DNA from: an uncultured delta proteobacterium
GTDB lineage: Bacteria > Desulfobacterota > Zymogenia > Zymogenales > Zymogenaceae
Reading direction: 5' to 3'
DNA: 35,277 bases
Assembly: GCA_963792965.1 (NCBI GenBank)
Contig: CAWBYW010000024.1
Location: forward strand, 1-35,277
The notes beneath the pieces are model-generated. The model was not told the origin of the DNA. It worked only from the letters and a program-made list of their open reading frames with translations, and ran no database searches. The stretch's first letter is position 1; every line of letters starts with the position of its first letter. A program made the position numbers and the translations under genes. Shown piece after piece: positions 18,451 through 27,803 of the stretch.

Positions 18451-19690
18451 CTAAAAATAGTATCGCAGCTCCAGGTAGTAGAGCTTGGGGCGGGTTCCGT
18501 ACTCGGTCTGTGCATCGCCGACGCCGATCTCGGCGCCGAGGTCCGCGTAGAAGTTCTCCGTAATAGAATATTCGAGGTACGGGAAAAAGAGGACGCTGCC
18601 GTCGTTGATATTGCAGAAGGTCGAAAATGACCCGTTGAGCAGGGGCGTGAACTCGTAGCTGAGCGTAACGAAGAGGTAGTGCTGGGCAAGCGTCAGCTCT
18701 TGTCCGTTCAGCTCGGCCTGCACGTTGTAGTTGGCCTTGTCGGTCTCTCCCTTGCCGTTGTAATAATATTCGGCGAGGATCGAGAAGGTGTTCGGAAATA
18801 TATACTGGGCGCCGACGGCGGCCCGGACGAACTCGCGTCTGCTCTCGCGCATCGAAAAGCCGAAAAACGAAGACGGATCGGGCACAAGGTACTGATCCGT
18901 ATGATCCTCGAAATAGGCGGCGCATTCCCCCCAGATCGCGACTTCCTTTATCTGGCCCGAAAAATCAAAGCCGTAGACTTCCTTGTCTCGAAACCGCCCG
19001 GCCATGACGGAAACGTCGTAATCGGCGATGTTGGTATAGAAACGGAAGGCATAGCTGGCCCTATCCATGTTCGTCGTCGGGGCAAAGACGAGCGAGAGCC
19101 CCGTAAACTGCCCCATCGATATCTCGGCCAGCACCGCGTCGGTGCCGCGTCTTTCCTCCTTGTCGATAGTGGTCAGGTCGAAGGGGTTGAAGAGATCGGT
19201 GGGCGAGATGAAGCGGGCTACTCCCCACGCGATGCGCTGGCGCCCGACGGAGAGCGTAAGGTTCTTTAAAAAGACCGTGAGGTAGGCGCGGTCCAGCGTA
19301 TGGGTGGCCAGGTAGTCGCTTGAGCTTGAGATCGGCCAATCGAGGTTCAACAGCTCGTCCGGGGGCTGGATGTTGGCGGCTGCTGACCAGCGAACTCCCC
19401 AGTGACTCGCCCGCCAGCACCGACAGCTCGTAGTGGAGCGTGAGCTTCCAGATATCACGGTAGCTCGTCTCGGTCTTGAGCCTCACGGTCATGGCATTGT
19501 CCCAGAGCTCCTTGTTGTCTATCGTGGTGAGCGTCGTGAGGTTCTTGATGTACCCCCCGTAGGTTACGGTCAGGTTGTCGGTCTTGAGCAGCTCCTTCGT
19601 CTGGCCGGACGACGAAACGGGGAAGAACACCGACACGAGAAGGGCCGCACCGATGATAATCGGCATATATCTTGTGCGGCTGTCTTTCAT
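18451..19690 (-). CDS. Outer-membrane beta-barrel protein (+1 frameshift near 19390)
   Basis: Signal peptide, LDRAYL, VGRQRIAWG...PTDLFNPF...DKEERRGTDA, alternating beta pattern and C-terminal beta-signal YLELRYYF. Joins ORFs 19061-19690 and 18451-19458. Confidence 0.85.
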
Positions 19691-20376
19691 TTCGACTTAT
19701 CCTGTTCGATCATCCCGTCCTTGAGGATGACGAGCCTGCGCGCGTGATCCATGACCATCTTGTCGTGCGTGGAGAAAACAAAGGTAATCCCGTGGGTCTC
19801 GTTCATGTGGCGCATCTGGGTCAGGAGGGCCTCTCCGGTCTTTGAGTCGAGGTTGGCGGTCGGCTCGTCGGCAAGGACGACATCGGGGTTTGAGACGATC
19901 GCCCGGGCGACGGCTACCCGCTGCTGCTGGCCCCCGCTCATCTCATTGGGGCGGCTGTTGATGTATTCGGAGAGTCCCACCTCCGTGAGTATCTCCTCGG
20001 CCCGACCGATACGCTCTTTTTCCTCGACCCCCTGCAGGAGCATCACGTACTCGACGTTCTCGCGGGCGCTGAGGACCGGGATCAGGTTGTAGGCCTGGAA
20101 GATAAAGCCGATATGGAAAAGCCTGAGGTCGGAGAGCTCCGATTTCTTGAGCTTTCCGATGTCGCGTCCCGCAATGGAGACGGTACCCTTCGTCGGCGTA
20201 TCCAGCCCCCCGAGCAGGTTAAGGAGCGTCGTCTTGCCGGATCCCGAAGGACCCGCCAGCGCCATGAACTCGCCGCGTCTTACCGTGAGGTTCACCCCAC
20301 CCAGCGCGGTGATCTTTACGGCCGATTCATCGTATACCTTCGTCAGGCCCTTGGTTTGGATAATGATGTCTTTCAT
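19687..20376 (-). CDS. LolD/MacB-like ABC ATP-binding protein
   Basis: GPSGSGKTT, IGFIFQAYNLIP, MSGGQQQRVAVARA, LADEPTANLD and STHD. Confidence 0.95.
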   Translation of the reverse strand: MKDIIIQTKGLTKVYDESAVKITALGGVNLTVRRGEFMALAGPSGSGKTTLLNLLGGLDTPTKGTVSIAGRDIGKLKKSELSDLRLFHIGFIFQAYNLIPVLSARENVEYVMLLQGVEEKERIGRAEEILTEVGLSEYINSRPNEMSGGQQQRVAVARAIVSNPDVVLADEPTANLDSKTGEALLTQMRHMNETHGITFVFSTHDKMVMDHARRLVILKDGMIEQDKSK

Positions 20377-20435
20377 GAGAGAACCCTTTTCAATGTGGAG
20401 ATGTCGTCCATAGATACCGGGGAGCGCGTCGCCCC

Positions 20436-21662
20436 CTATACCGACCGGATCGCCTTGACCGGCGAGAGCCGCATGATCTTAATGGCCGGATACAGCGCCG
20501 AAAGCTGCGTCGCGGCAAGGACCGAGATCGTCGACTTGAGGGCGTTTTCAAGCGTGATCAACGGGTACAGTGTCGTCCCGATTCCTCCCATATACTTGAG
20601 GCTCTCGGCCCACATAGAGAGGTCGATGCCGGTCCGGGATACGACCGCGTAAAAGAGGAGATTGATCGTCCACCCGACCGTCAGCCCCACGACGCCGAGG
20701 AAGAACCCCTCCCACATCACTTCGGAGAAGACCCTCCGGCGTTTGGTGCCGATCGCCATCAGGATGCCGATCTCACGCGTCCGCTCCAGGACGCTCATAA
20801 GGATCGTGTTGATGATGCCGAAGGCCATCGCCAGCACGACGATGATATAGATGATATAGTTGAAAGACTTGAACATGTTGATCATCTCGACGATGAGGGG
20901 CGTCAGCTGCTGCCACGTGAGTACCTCCAGGCCGCTGACCGTAAGCTTCCCCCTGAGGGCCTCGGCCAGCGGATCGACCGAGTCCATCGAATCGGCCATG
21001 ATCACGATCTCCGAGACCCTGCTTCCCATGGAGAGGAGCTCCTGGGCATCGGCGAGGTTGATGTAGATATTGAACTTGTCGAACTCCGGGGAGCTGGAGG
21101 CAAAGATCCCCTTGATGCGAAATGCGGCCGACCCGATATCCGGCGAGAGCCCCTGGGCCATCAGGACGATCTTGTCGTCCGTCCCCACCTTGAGCTTATC
21201 GGCAAGGCTCTTTCCGATGTAGATTTCCCCCGATTCCCCGCTCAGGAATTTCCCCTGTTTGAGGTAGGTCTTGACGTCGCTCACGGTGGGCTCCCGTGCG
21301 GCGTCGACCCCCCAGATGAGGACGCCCGAGGAGCTTTCGGGAGAGGAGACCAGCCCCATCACCTTGATCCGCCGTGAGTAGGCCTTAAGATGCGGAGTGC
21401 CCTGAATCTTCTTGATGAAATAGTCCGTGTCCCGGATATTTTTGGTTACATCCATATTATCCAGGAAGCCCGCGCGGTGGATCTGGATGTGGCCGATACC
21501 GGACTGGATGGCGGTGGCCACCATCTCTTCGTTCATGCCTTCCGAGATCGCGATCATATAGACCATTCCCCAGAGCCCGGACACGATGGCGGCGATGACG
21601 AGCAGCGACCGCCTCTTGTTCCTCCAGATGTTTCTCCAGGCGATTTTCAGCGTCAAATTCAT
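20436..21662 (-). CDS. LolC/E-FtsX-like ABC permease (paralog C)
   Basis: AWRNIWRN, TM1, periplasmic domain, INTILMSVLERTREIGILMAIG and YPA. Confidence 0.93.
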   Translation of the reverse strand: MNLTLKIAWRNIWRNKRRSLLVIAAIVSGLWGMVYMIAISEGMNEEMVATAIQSGIGHIQIHRAGFLDNMDVTKNIRDTDYFIKKIQGTPHLKAYSRRIKVMGLVSSPESSSGVLIWGVDAAREPTVSDVKTYLKQGKFLSGESGEIYIGKSLADKLKVGTDDKIVLMAQGLSPDIGSAAFRIKGIFASSSPEFDKFNIYINLADAQELLSMGSRVSEIVIMADSMDSVDPLAEALRGKLTVSGLEVLTWQQLTPLIVEMINMFKSFNYIIYIIVVLAMAFGIINTILMSVLERTREIGILMAIGTKRRRVFSEVMWEGFFLGVVGLTVGWTINLLFYAVVSRTGIDLSMWAESLKYMGGIGTTLYPLITLENALKSTISVLAATQLSALYPAIKIMRLSPVKAIRSV

Positions 21663-21671
21663 CCACGTCTC

Positions 21672-22892
21672 CTATACATACCTGAGGGCGCGCACAGGCG
21701 AGAGGCGCGACGCCTTTACCGCCGGATAAATCGCCGAGAGAAGCGTCGCACCGAGAATAATGAGGTCGGTCACGTAAAAAACCCATGGGTACATCTTGGC
21801 GTATATGAGGGGATTGAGCCCGAAATTCTCGAGCGTCTGCGAATACATCGAAAAGTCCATCGGTACCTGAGTATAGTAATATGAGACGGCGAAGCCCAAC
21901 ACGTCCCCGATTACGACCCCGATCAACGCGATGAGCGCCGACTCCACCATGACAAGCCGAATGATCTGGGAGGGACGGGTGCCGAGTGCCATCATCACCC
22001 CGAACTCCCGGTAGCGCTCCATGACCGCCATGAGGATCGTGTTGAGGATGCCGAAGCCGACCACGATCAGGATCAGGAGGTAATAGATATAGCCGAAGAT
22101 ATTATCCAGATCCACAAACTGCACAAGGTCCGGGATTAGTTTTCTCCAGGGCATGACCTCGTACTGCGCGCCACCCAGGAGCGCGGTGATATCGCGCTCT
22201 ACTTTGTCCGTGTCTCGCTCGTCTTTCAGGAGGATCGTCAGCTCCGTCACCGGGCCGTCCATAGACAACAGATACTGCGCGGCCGGGAGGTTGATGAAGG
22301 CCATCGAGCGATCGAACTCGAGGGAGCCCGTGTGAAAAATCCCCGACACCCTGAAAATTCCCGCCCCGATCGAGCCGTCGTACGCCTGGGTGAGGATCGT
22401 GAGCTCACCCCCGACCGAGACGTTAAGGTTTTTGGCCAGGGGCTCGCCGATGATAATGCCCTTCGTATCGGCGGGTGTGAGGAATGCGCCTGTCATCAGC
22501 TTCTCCTTGACGGAGCTGAATTCCCGCTCGGGCACCACCCCCACCACCAGGACGCCGCTCGTGTTCGTGTCGCTCGAGATCAGCGCGTCCACCGTCAGGC
22601 GCGTGGTATAGGCCTCGACCCGATCATCCTTCTTGAGGAAGTCCAGGACCTTTTCGGGCGGCGAAAAGCTGTTATAGATGGTCTTATCGTCCCAGTAGCC
22701 CTTGGCATGTATCTGGAGGTGGCCCGAGTAAAGCTTAAGCGCGTCGCTGATCATCTGCTCGTGCTCGCCGAGCGCAAAGCACCACGAAAAGACGGCCAGC
22801 GTAATCGCGAAGACCACCGCGGCAACGGTTATCACCGTCCGCCTTGTGTTGCGCCAGATGTTGCGCCAGGCTATTTTCAGCGTCAGGTTCAT
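21672..22892 (-). CDS. LolC/E-FtsX-like ABC permease (paralog B, hybrid of C N-terminus and A body)
   Basis: LNTILMAVMERYREFGVMMALG. First 15 aa are identical to C; the body is about 80% identical to A by manual count. Confidence 0.93.
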   Translation of the reverse strand: MNLTLKIAWRNIWRNTRRTVITVAAVVFAITLAVFSWCFALGEHEQMISDALKLYSGHLQIHAKGYWDDKTIYNSFSPPEKVLDFLKKDDRVEAYTTRLTVDALISSDTNTSGVLVVGVVPEREFSSVKEKLMTGAFLTPADTKGIIIGEPLAKNLNVSVGGELTILTQAYDGSIGAGIFRVSGIFHTGSLEFDRSMAFINLPAAQYLLSMDGPVTELTILLKDERDTDKVERDITALLGGAQYEVMPWRKLIPDLVQFVDLDNIFGYIYYLLILIVVGFGILNTILMAVMERYREFGVMMALGTRPSQIIRLVMVESALIALIGVVIGDVLGFAVSYYYTQVPMDFSMYSQTLENFGLNPLIYAKMYPWVFYVTDLIILGATLLSAIYPAVKASRLSPVRALRYV

Positions 22893-22901
22893 CGAGGTCT
22901 C

Positions 22902-24135
22902 CTATACGTACCTCAGGGCCCGCACCGGGGAGAGATCGCGACGCCTTTACGGCCGGATAGATCGCAGAGAGAAGCGTCGCCCCCAGGACGATCAGGTCGA
23001 CCACGTAAAACATCCACGGGTAGAGTCTGGCATATATGAGAGGGTTGAGCCCGAAACTCTCGAGGAGATCCGAGTGTGCGGAAAGGTTCATCGGGACCTG
23101 CGTAAAGTAATACGAGATGCCAAAGCCCAGTGTGTCGCCGATCACGATCCCGATCAATGCAATAAGGGCCGATTCGACCATGATGAGCCGCACGATCTCG
23201 GAAGGCCGCGTGCCGAGGGCCATCATCACACCGAACTCACGGTAGCGCTCCATGACCGCCATGAGGATCGTGTTGAGAATGCCGAAGCCGACCACGATCA
23301 GGATCAGGAGGTAATAGACGGAGCCGAAGGTCTTGCTCAGATCTACGAACTGCACGAGGTCCGGGATCAGTTTCCTCCAGGGCATGACCTCGTACTGCTT
23401 GGGATCCAAGAGCGCGGTGATCTCGCGCTGTTGTTTGTCCGTATCCCGGCTGTCCTTCAGGAGGATCGTCAGCTCCGTCACCGTCCCGTCCATGGACAGG
23501 AGGTTTTGCGCGGCGGGGAGATCGATGAAGGCCATCGACCGGTCGAAATCGGCGGACCCGGACCGAAAGATCCCCGATACTCTGAAAATCCCCGCCCCGA
23601 TCGAGCCGTCATAGGCCTGCGTGAGGATCGTGAGCTCACCCCCGACCGAGACGTTCAGGTTCTTTGCCAGTGAATCGCCGATAAGGATGCCGTTCTTGCT
23701 CCCGGTGGAAAGAAACGAGCCTTCCTTGATCTTCTCCCTGACGGAGCTGAATTCGCGCTCGGGCACGATCCCCACTATCAACACGCCGCTCGTGTTCGTG
23801 TCGCTCGAGATGAGCGCGTCCACCGAGAGGCGCGTGGTGTAGGCCTTGACCCGGTCATCCTTGTTGAGAAAATCGACAAGCTTTCCGGGCGGTGAAAAGC
23901 TGTTGTAGATGGTCTTGTCGTCCCAATAGCCCTTGGCGTGAACCTGGAGGTGGCCCGGGGAGAGCCTCAGGGCATCGTTGATCATCTGTTCGTATTCACC
24001 GAGTTTAACGGACCACGTGAATACAGCCAGTGTCACCGCAAAGACCACTGCGGCAACGGTGATCCCCGTTCGCCTTGTGTTGCGCCAGATATTACGCGAC
24101 GCGAGAGTGAGGACTCTAAAATTTTGTCGTCCCAT
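22902..24135 (-). CDS. LolC/E-FtsX-like ABC permease (paralog A; +1 frameshift near 22936)
   Basis: Removing one base restores ...ASRLSPVRALRYV* (TAG 22902), the same C-terminus as B. Confidence 0.9.
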
Positions 24136-24256
24136 CGGTCAGCACCTCGACCCTGGTGAGTCCTTGCGCAAATAGAGAGCCTGCCATCCGCCGCCTAAGC
24201 CGGCATTCCGGCAACTCCTTGGGGAAGGCCACACAAATCCGGCCCATCGTCCCCTT

Positions 24257-25210
24257 TTACGCCGCGAAGGTCAGTTTCGTCCCCGACATATTGAGGATGA
24301 ATCGCTCGGGCATATCTTTTTCCAAGGTCATGACGGCCTGCCTCCCGGTGCAGTGGGTCGGGACGACATAGGTCGGGCCGAATTTCCTCAAAGAGTCACT
24401 GGTCGCTTTAACGACCGGGCCCATCTCGGGCCCGCCGAGGTGGAAGCCCCCCATGACCGCAAAGATCTCACGTATCCCCGTCACCCGCTGCGCGTAGTCT
24501 ACGGTATTGACGATCCCCGCGTGCGCGCAGCCCGACAGCACCACGAGCCCCTTACCTTTCACGTTCATGATGATCGAGGAGTCATCTATAACGTCGTCCC
24601 ACTTTTCGACGTCGCCCTCCTTATAATAGAAGTTCGCGACGCCTTTCTCGAAGTCGGTCGTGCGCGGGATCTGGCCGAGAAAGAGGGCCGCGCCGTCGAG
24701 TAAAGGATAGGGTTCCCTTGTCTCAACCGCCTTCAAGCCGGCTTTTTTAACCCCCTCCCTTGTCAGCGGCGGAAAGAAGACCTTGAACTCCTCGGAGAAC
24801 TTGATGTATCGGGGGGCGCGGAAGGCCTCCGGATGCAGCACGAGGGGCACGCCTCCCCTTCCGATGAGCCGGGCGAGCGCTTCGATCCCCCCCGCGTGGT
24901 CGAGGTGGCCGTGAGAAAGGACACAGGCCTCCACGGGCTTGAGATCGAGCGACAACGCCTCCGCGTTGAACGCCGCGCCGTGGGCCGAAAACCCGAAATC
25001 GAAGAGGATATTCCGGGATGCATCCCCGGCGGTGATCGTCACCAGGGCGCAAAAGCCGTGTTCTGCCAGGACCGAGTTTCTCACCTCCATGCCCTTGAGC
25101 GGCACGGCCCGGGTGACGACCGTTGTATTATCCCGGCTGGTGAGGTCGATATAGTTGTCCTGAAGGGTCGTGATCTCGACCTTGTCGATTTCTCTGATGG
25201 AAGCGCTCAT
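24257..25210 (-). CDS. MBL-fold metallo-hydrolase (COG1237-like)
   Basis: AEHGF, LFDFG, SHGHLDHAGG, SGCAHAGI, GGFHL and PTHCTG. Confidence 0.9.
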   Translation of the reverse strand: MSASIREIDKVEITTLQDNYIDLTSRDNTTVVTRAVPLKGMEVRNSVLAEHGFCALVTITAGDASRNILFDFGFSAHGAAFNAEALSLDLKPVEACVLSHGHLDHAGGIEALARLIGRGGVPLVLHPEAFRAPRYIKFSEEFKVFFPPLTREGVKKAGLKAVETREPYPLLDGAALFLGQIPRTTDFEKGVANFYYKEGDVEKWDDVIDDSSIIMNVKGKGLVVLSGCAHAGIVNTVDYAQRVTGIREIFAVMGGFHLGGPEMGPVVKATSDSLRKFGPTYVVPTHCTGRQAVMTLEKDMPERFILNMSGTKLTFAA

Positions 25211-25346
25211 CCGTATCCTCCGTTAGGAATCCTCACGATGCGGCTTAAGCCTGCAGGAGGCCATAAGGGGTTTAAACAAAGAGACGCGGGGCACATCCGC
25301 CCCGCCAGTTGGGTCCGCTCGTCCTATTTTCTCAGGACCCTTTAGT

Positions 25347-26102
25347 CTATCTCGTCACCCCGCCTTTGAGCTTACTGAGAGAGAATATATCATCGCTGAT
25401 GGGGACGTTGAACTGGATCTTGTTAAGCACGATGACCGTCTTCCTATTTTCCACCGTCTTGGGCGTGAGCGTCCATCGGGTGGGGATTACCCTTCCGCCC
25501 ATCTGTTTGATATCGGTGAGCTCCATGACGCGGATGAGCTTTCCCTTCTCGTCGTAATACTCGTACATGAGGGGCACGTGGTCCGTGACGCGGACGTAGG
25601 CCACGATCTTGCCCCAGACGACGGCCGCCTCGGGCTTCGGGATCAGCTGCACGACATAGGTGTCCCCCTCGGGCAGCGTCTCTTTGCCCGTGATCGTGGC
25701 GGTATAGTCACGCGAGATGCTCGACTCTCTGACAAGGTCGTCGTTGGTGAAATCCGACCCCATCCACGACTGCATCATCATTGAGGGTGGAATCTTGATG
25801 ACTTTTTCCACCGAGGGAATATAGTTCCACATGTTCTGCTCGACCTTCAGGCTCACGGTTCCCGCGTCCTTTGCGGGGGCGGAAACGCGGACGAGGGACT
25901 TCTCCTTTCCCTTTTCCCAATAGTCCATCGTCATGGTCCGCTCCCAATGGGGCGTAGTAATGATCATCGTCATCGTCCCGATGTTGGACTGGCCCCGCAT
26001 GAGGTCCTCGGCCTCCTTAATAAGGTCCTGGGCCGTCAGCTCGGCGGCGCCCACCCTTCCCGCAAAAAGGAGAATAACCAATAAGAACCAAATCCGTTTC
26101 AT
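25347..26102 (-). CDS. LolA-like outer-membrane lipoprotein-sorting family periplasmic protein
   Basis: Signal peptide, PAKDAGTVSLK, MWNYIPS, IPPSMMMQSWMGSDFTNDD and DDIFSLSKL. Confidence 0.9.
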   Translation of the reverse strand: MKRIWFLLVILLFAGRVGAAELTAQDLIKEAEDLMRGQSNIGTMTMIITTPHWERTMTMDYWEKGKEKSLVRVSAPAKDAGTVSLKVEQNMWNYIPSVEKVIKIPPSMMMQSWMGSDFTNDDLVRESSISRDYTATITGKETLPEGDTYVVQLIPKPEAAVVWGKIVAYVRVTDHVPLMYEYYDEKGKLIRVMELTDIKQMGGRVIPTRWTLTPKTVENRKTVIVLNKIQFNVPISDDIFSLSKLKGGVTR

Positions 26103-26112
26103 CCCGTTTCCT

Positions 26113-26430
26113 TCATGAAATCGTTTTCAAAAAGCGTTCGAGAGAATCAATATACGACCGAAAGGCCCGAACGCCTTTTTCCGTGGCCCGGTAGGCTGTT
26201 TTCGGTCGCCTTCCCACAAACTCCTTGGTCTCGGAGATATAGCTGCTTTTTTCAAGGACCCTGAGGTGGGCGTTGAGATTCCCGTCGGTGAGCCCGAGCG
26301 ACTTCTTCAGGGCCGTAAACTCGACCTCGCCCCCGCCGACAAGTATTGCCATGATGCCGAGTCTCGCCCGCTCGTGGATAACCCGATCGAGCCCCTCGGT
26401 GATATATCTCCCCGTACCTTCCGTTCTCAT
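26113..26430 (-). CDS. Winged-helix transcriptional regulator (HTH_34/ArsR-MarR-like)
   Basis: LDRVIHERARLGIMAIL, LTDGNLNAHLRVLE and KEFVGRRPKTAYRAT. Confidence 0.92.
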   Translation of the reverse strand: MRTEGTGRYITEGLDRVIHERARLGIMAILVGGGEVEFTALKKSLGLTDGNLNAHLRVLEKSSYISETKEFVGRRPKTAYRATEKGVRAFRSYIDSLERFLKTIS

Positions 26431-26462
26431 CTATTATATATTCGATCCGTCAAAATGCAAAT

Positions 26463-26837
26463 CTATTTCAGTAAAAGTTTAATAGCCACTACAAGGCCGG
26501 CGACCGAGACGAGCGCCGTCGACCAGAGGATGAACTGAGACATGGGGCCGGTGAACTGCCGGTGCCCCTTTTTAATGAAGACGCCGTGGATGACGAGCGA
26601 GCTGAGGCCGAAGACGGAGAGGATCAGCGACAGCACGAGCCCGGCGCTCCTTTCCTGGTAGACGAGCACCAGGCCCCACAGGAATATGAAAAGGAGCGGG
26701 AAATGAAGCAGCAGGAAAGCGTTGGCCCCCCCCGGCAGGCGGATGAGCTCCCATTCCTTCTGGTACGCCGAGTCAATCTCATGGTTGGCCAGGAAGACCA
26801 GGGTGACAAGATAGATCCAGAAAAGCGTGTCCCACAT
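26463..26837 (-). CDS. DUF6713-like small membrane protein
   Basis: HEIDSAYQKEWELIRLPGG...LLLHFP and a later IH; 4 TM segments; AAGGAG RBS. Confidence 0.75.
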   Translation of the reverse strand: MWDTLFWIYLVTLVFLANHEIDSAYQKEWELIRLPGGANAFLLLHFPLLFIFLWGLVLVYQERSAGLVLSLILSVFGLSSLVIHGVFIKKGHRQFTGPMSQFILWSTALVSVAGLVVAIKLLLK

Positions 26838-26912
26838 CGTTCTTCTCCTTTTGTTGAAGGTTCATCGTACATCGTAAGTATCGGCCCCTATGATTGACTC
26901 AGGAAGTGCGAG

Positions 26913-27587
26913 CTATCTCCCACGGACTATCAGGTATCCCACTCCCCAAAGGATCATTGCGGCCCCCGCCAGCCCCAGGCACCAGAGGCCGAGGCCGGGG
27001 GTAATGAAGGCCGTGACCGAGGCCGCAAGAGAGACGAGCCCTATAATCCACGCTCCCCCGGGCACGAAGATGCCGAGCGCCGTCATGACCGTACCGAGGG
27101 CCATCAGCCACGCCCCGGGAATGAAGGCGAACATGCCCATTCGGATAAGAAGCAAGGTCAGGACAAGGCCCTGAAAGGCGATGATGACCTCAACGAGGAT
27201 GCCCTTCAGCAGGATCATGGAGAAGACCGGATGGGCTTCCTCACGCGACCTCTTGATAAAGAAAAGAATATCTATTCCCATGAGGGCCGCCCCGATGAGA
27301 ACCCAGAGCGTCCAGAGCGTTTCCGAAATGGTCCAACGGGAGGCGTGGTGGACGAACCACGCCGTCAGGGCCGCACCGAGCATGGTGACGAGGCCCGCCG
27401 CCACCCCCGACCAACCGGAGACAAAGAAGTCCCGCGAGGTATCGATGAGGTCGCGGATATAGCGAATGTCGTTGATCGCCCGGTCGACCGTACCGTTTCC
27501 TTTGCGGACGATCCCGTTTTTGGTATGGATCTGGGCTCCGCTTGATCTCTTGGCGCCGGCCGGATGACCCGTCTCTCTTCTATTCAT
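26913..27587 (-). CDS. Multi-pass membrane protein, typical partner of HTH_34 regulators
   Basis: DIRYIRDLIDTSR..SGWSGVAAG followed by about 6 TM segments; start codon uncertain. Confidence 0.75.
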   Translation of the reverse strand: MNRRETGHPAGAKRSSGAQIHTKNGIVRKGNGTVDRAINDIRYIRDLIDTSRDFFVSGWSGVAAGLVTMLGAALTAWFVHHASRWTISETLWTLWVLIGAALMGIDILFFIKRSREEAHPVFSMILLKGILVEVIIAFQGLVLTLLLIRMGMFAFIPGAWLMALGTVMTALGIFVPGGAWIIGLVSLAASVTAFITPGLGLWCLGLAGAAMILWGVGYLIVRGR

Positions 27588-27629
27588 TGGAAATACCTGC
27601 CGTGACTGAGTAAAACTAAGAACACAAAG

Positions 27630-27648
27630 TACTTTGCTTCACAAAGTA
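27630..27648. promoter_or_regulatory. Palindromic operator, probable site of the wHTH regulator
   Basis: TACTTTG-cttca-CAAAGTA, with an extra CAAAGT half-site at 27625-27630, just downstream of the -10. Confidence 0.75.
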
Positions 27649-27654
27649 AACTCT

Positions 27655-27683
27655 ACAATACTATCCTACGCGGGGGATGTCAA
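27655..27683 (-). promoter_or_regulatory. Sigma70 promoter of the Lol-like operon
   Basis: TTGACA-N17-TATTGT on the minus strand. Confidence 0.65.
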
Positions 27684-27803
27684 GAGAAAAACCAACCCGC
27701 CGCCCATTTCTTATGTATACACGGCGTCCTATTTCCACGGGGAGGGATGTAGGAAAAGGAGGCGGAACCTCCGGCAGGTAGGAGATATCGCCGGTCCTTG
27801 CCC

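Noticed and set aside
22735-22935. Extended C-terminus of permease A overlapping permease B
   Set aside because: Caused by one extra base near 22936; the paralog alignment restores the stop at 22902.
7548-24135. Permease repeats as DGR template/variable repeats, shufflon cassettes or collapsed strain haplotypes
   Set aside because: No reverse transcriptase or recombinase in the window, differences are not adenine-specific, and 20-30% protein divergence is too high for strain haplotypes.
26431-26460. TTGCAT-N16-TATAAT internal promoter before the wHTH gene
   Set aside because: The -10 is only 2 nt from the annotated ATG and no alternative start is evident, so it cannot be supported as stated.
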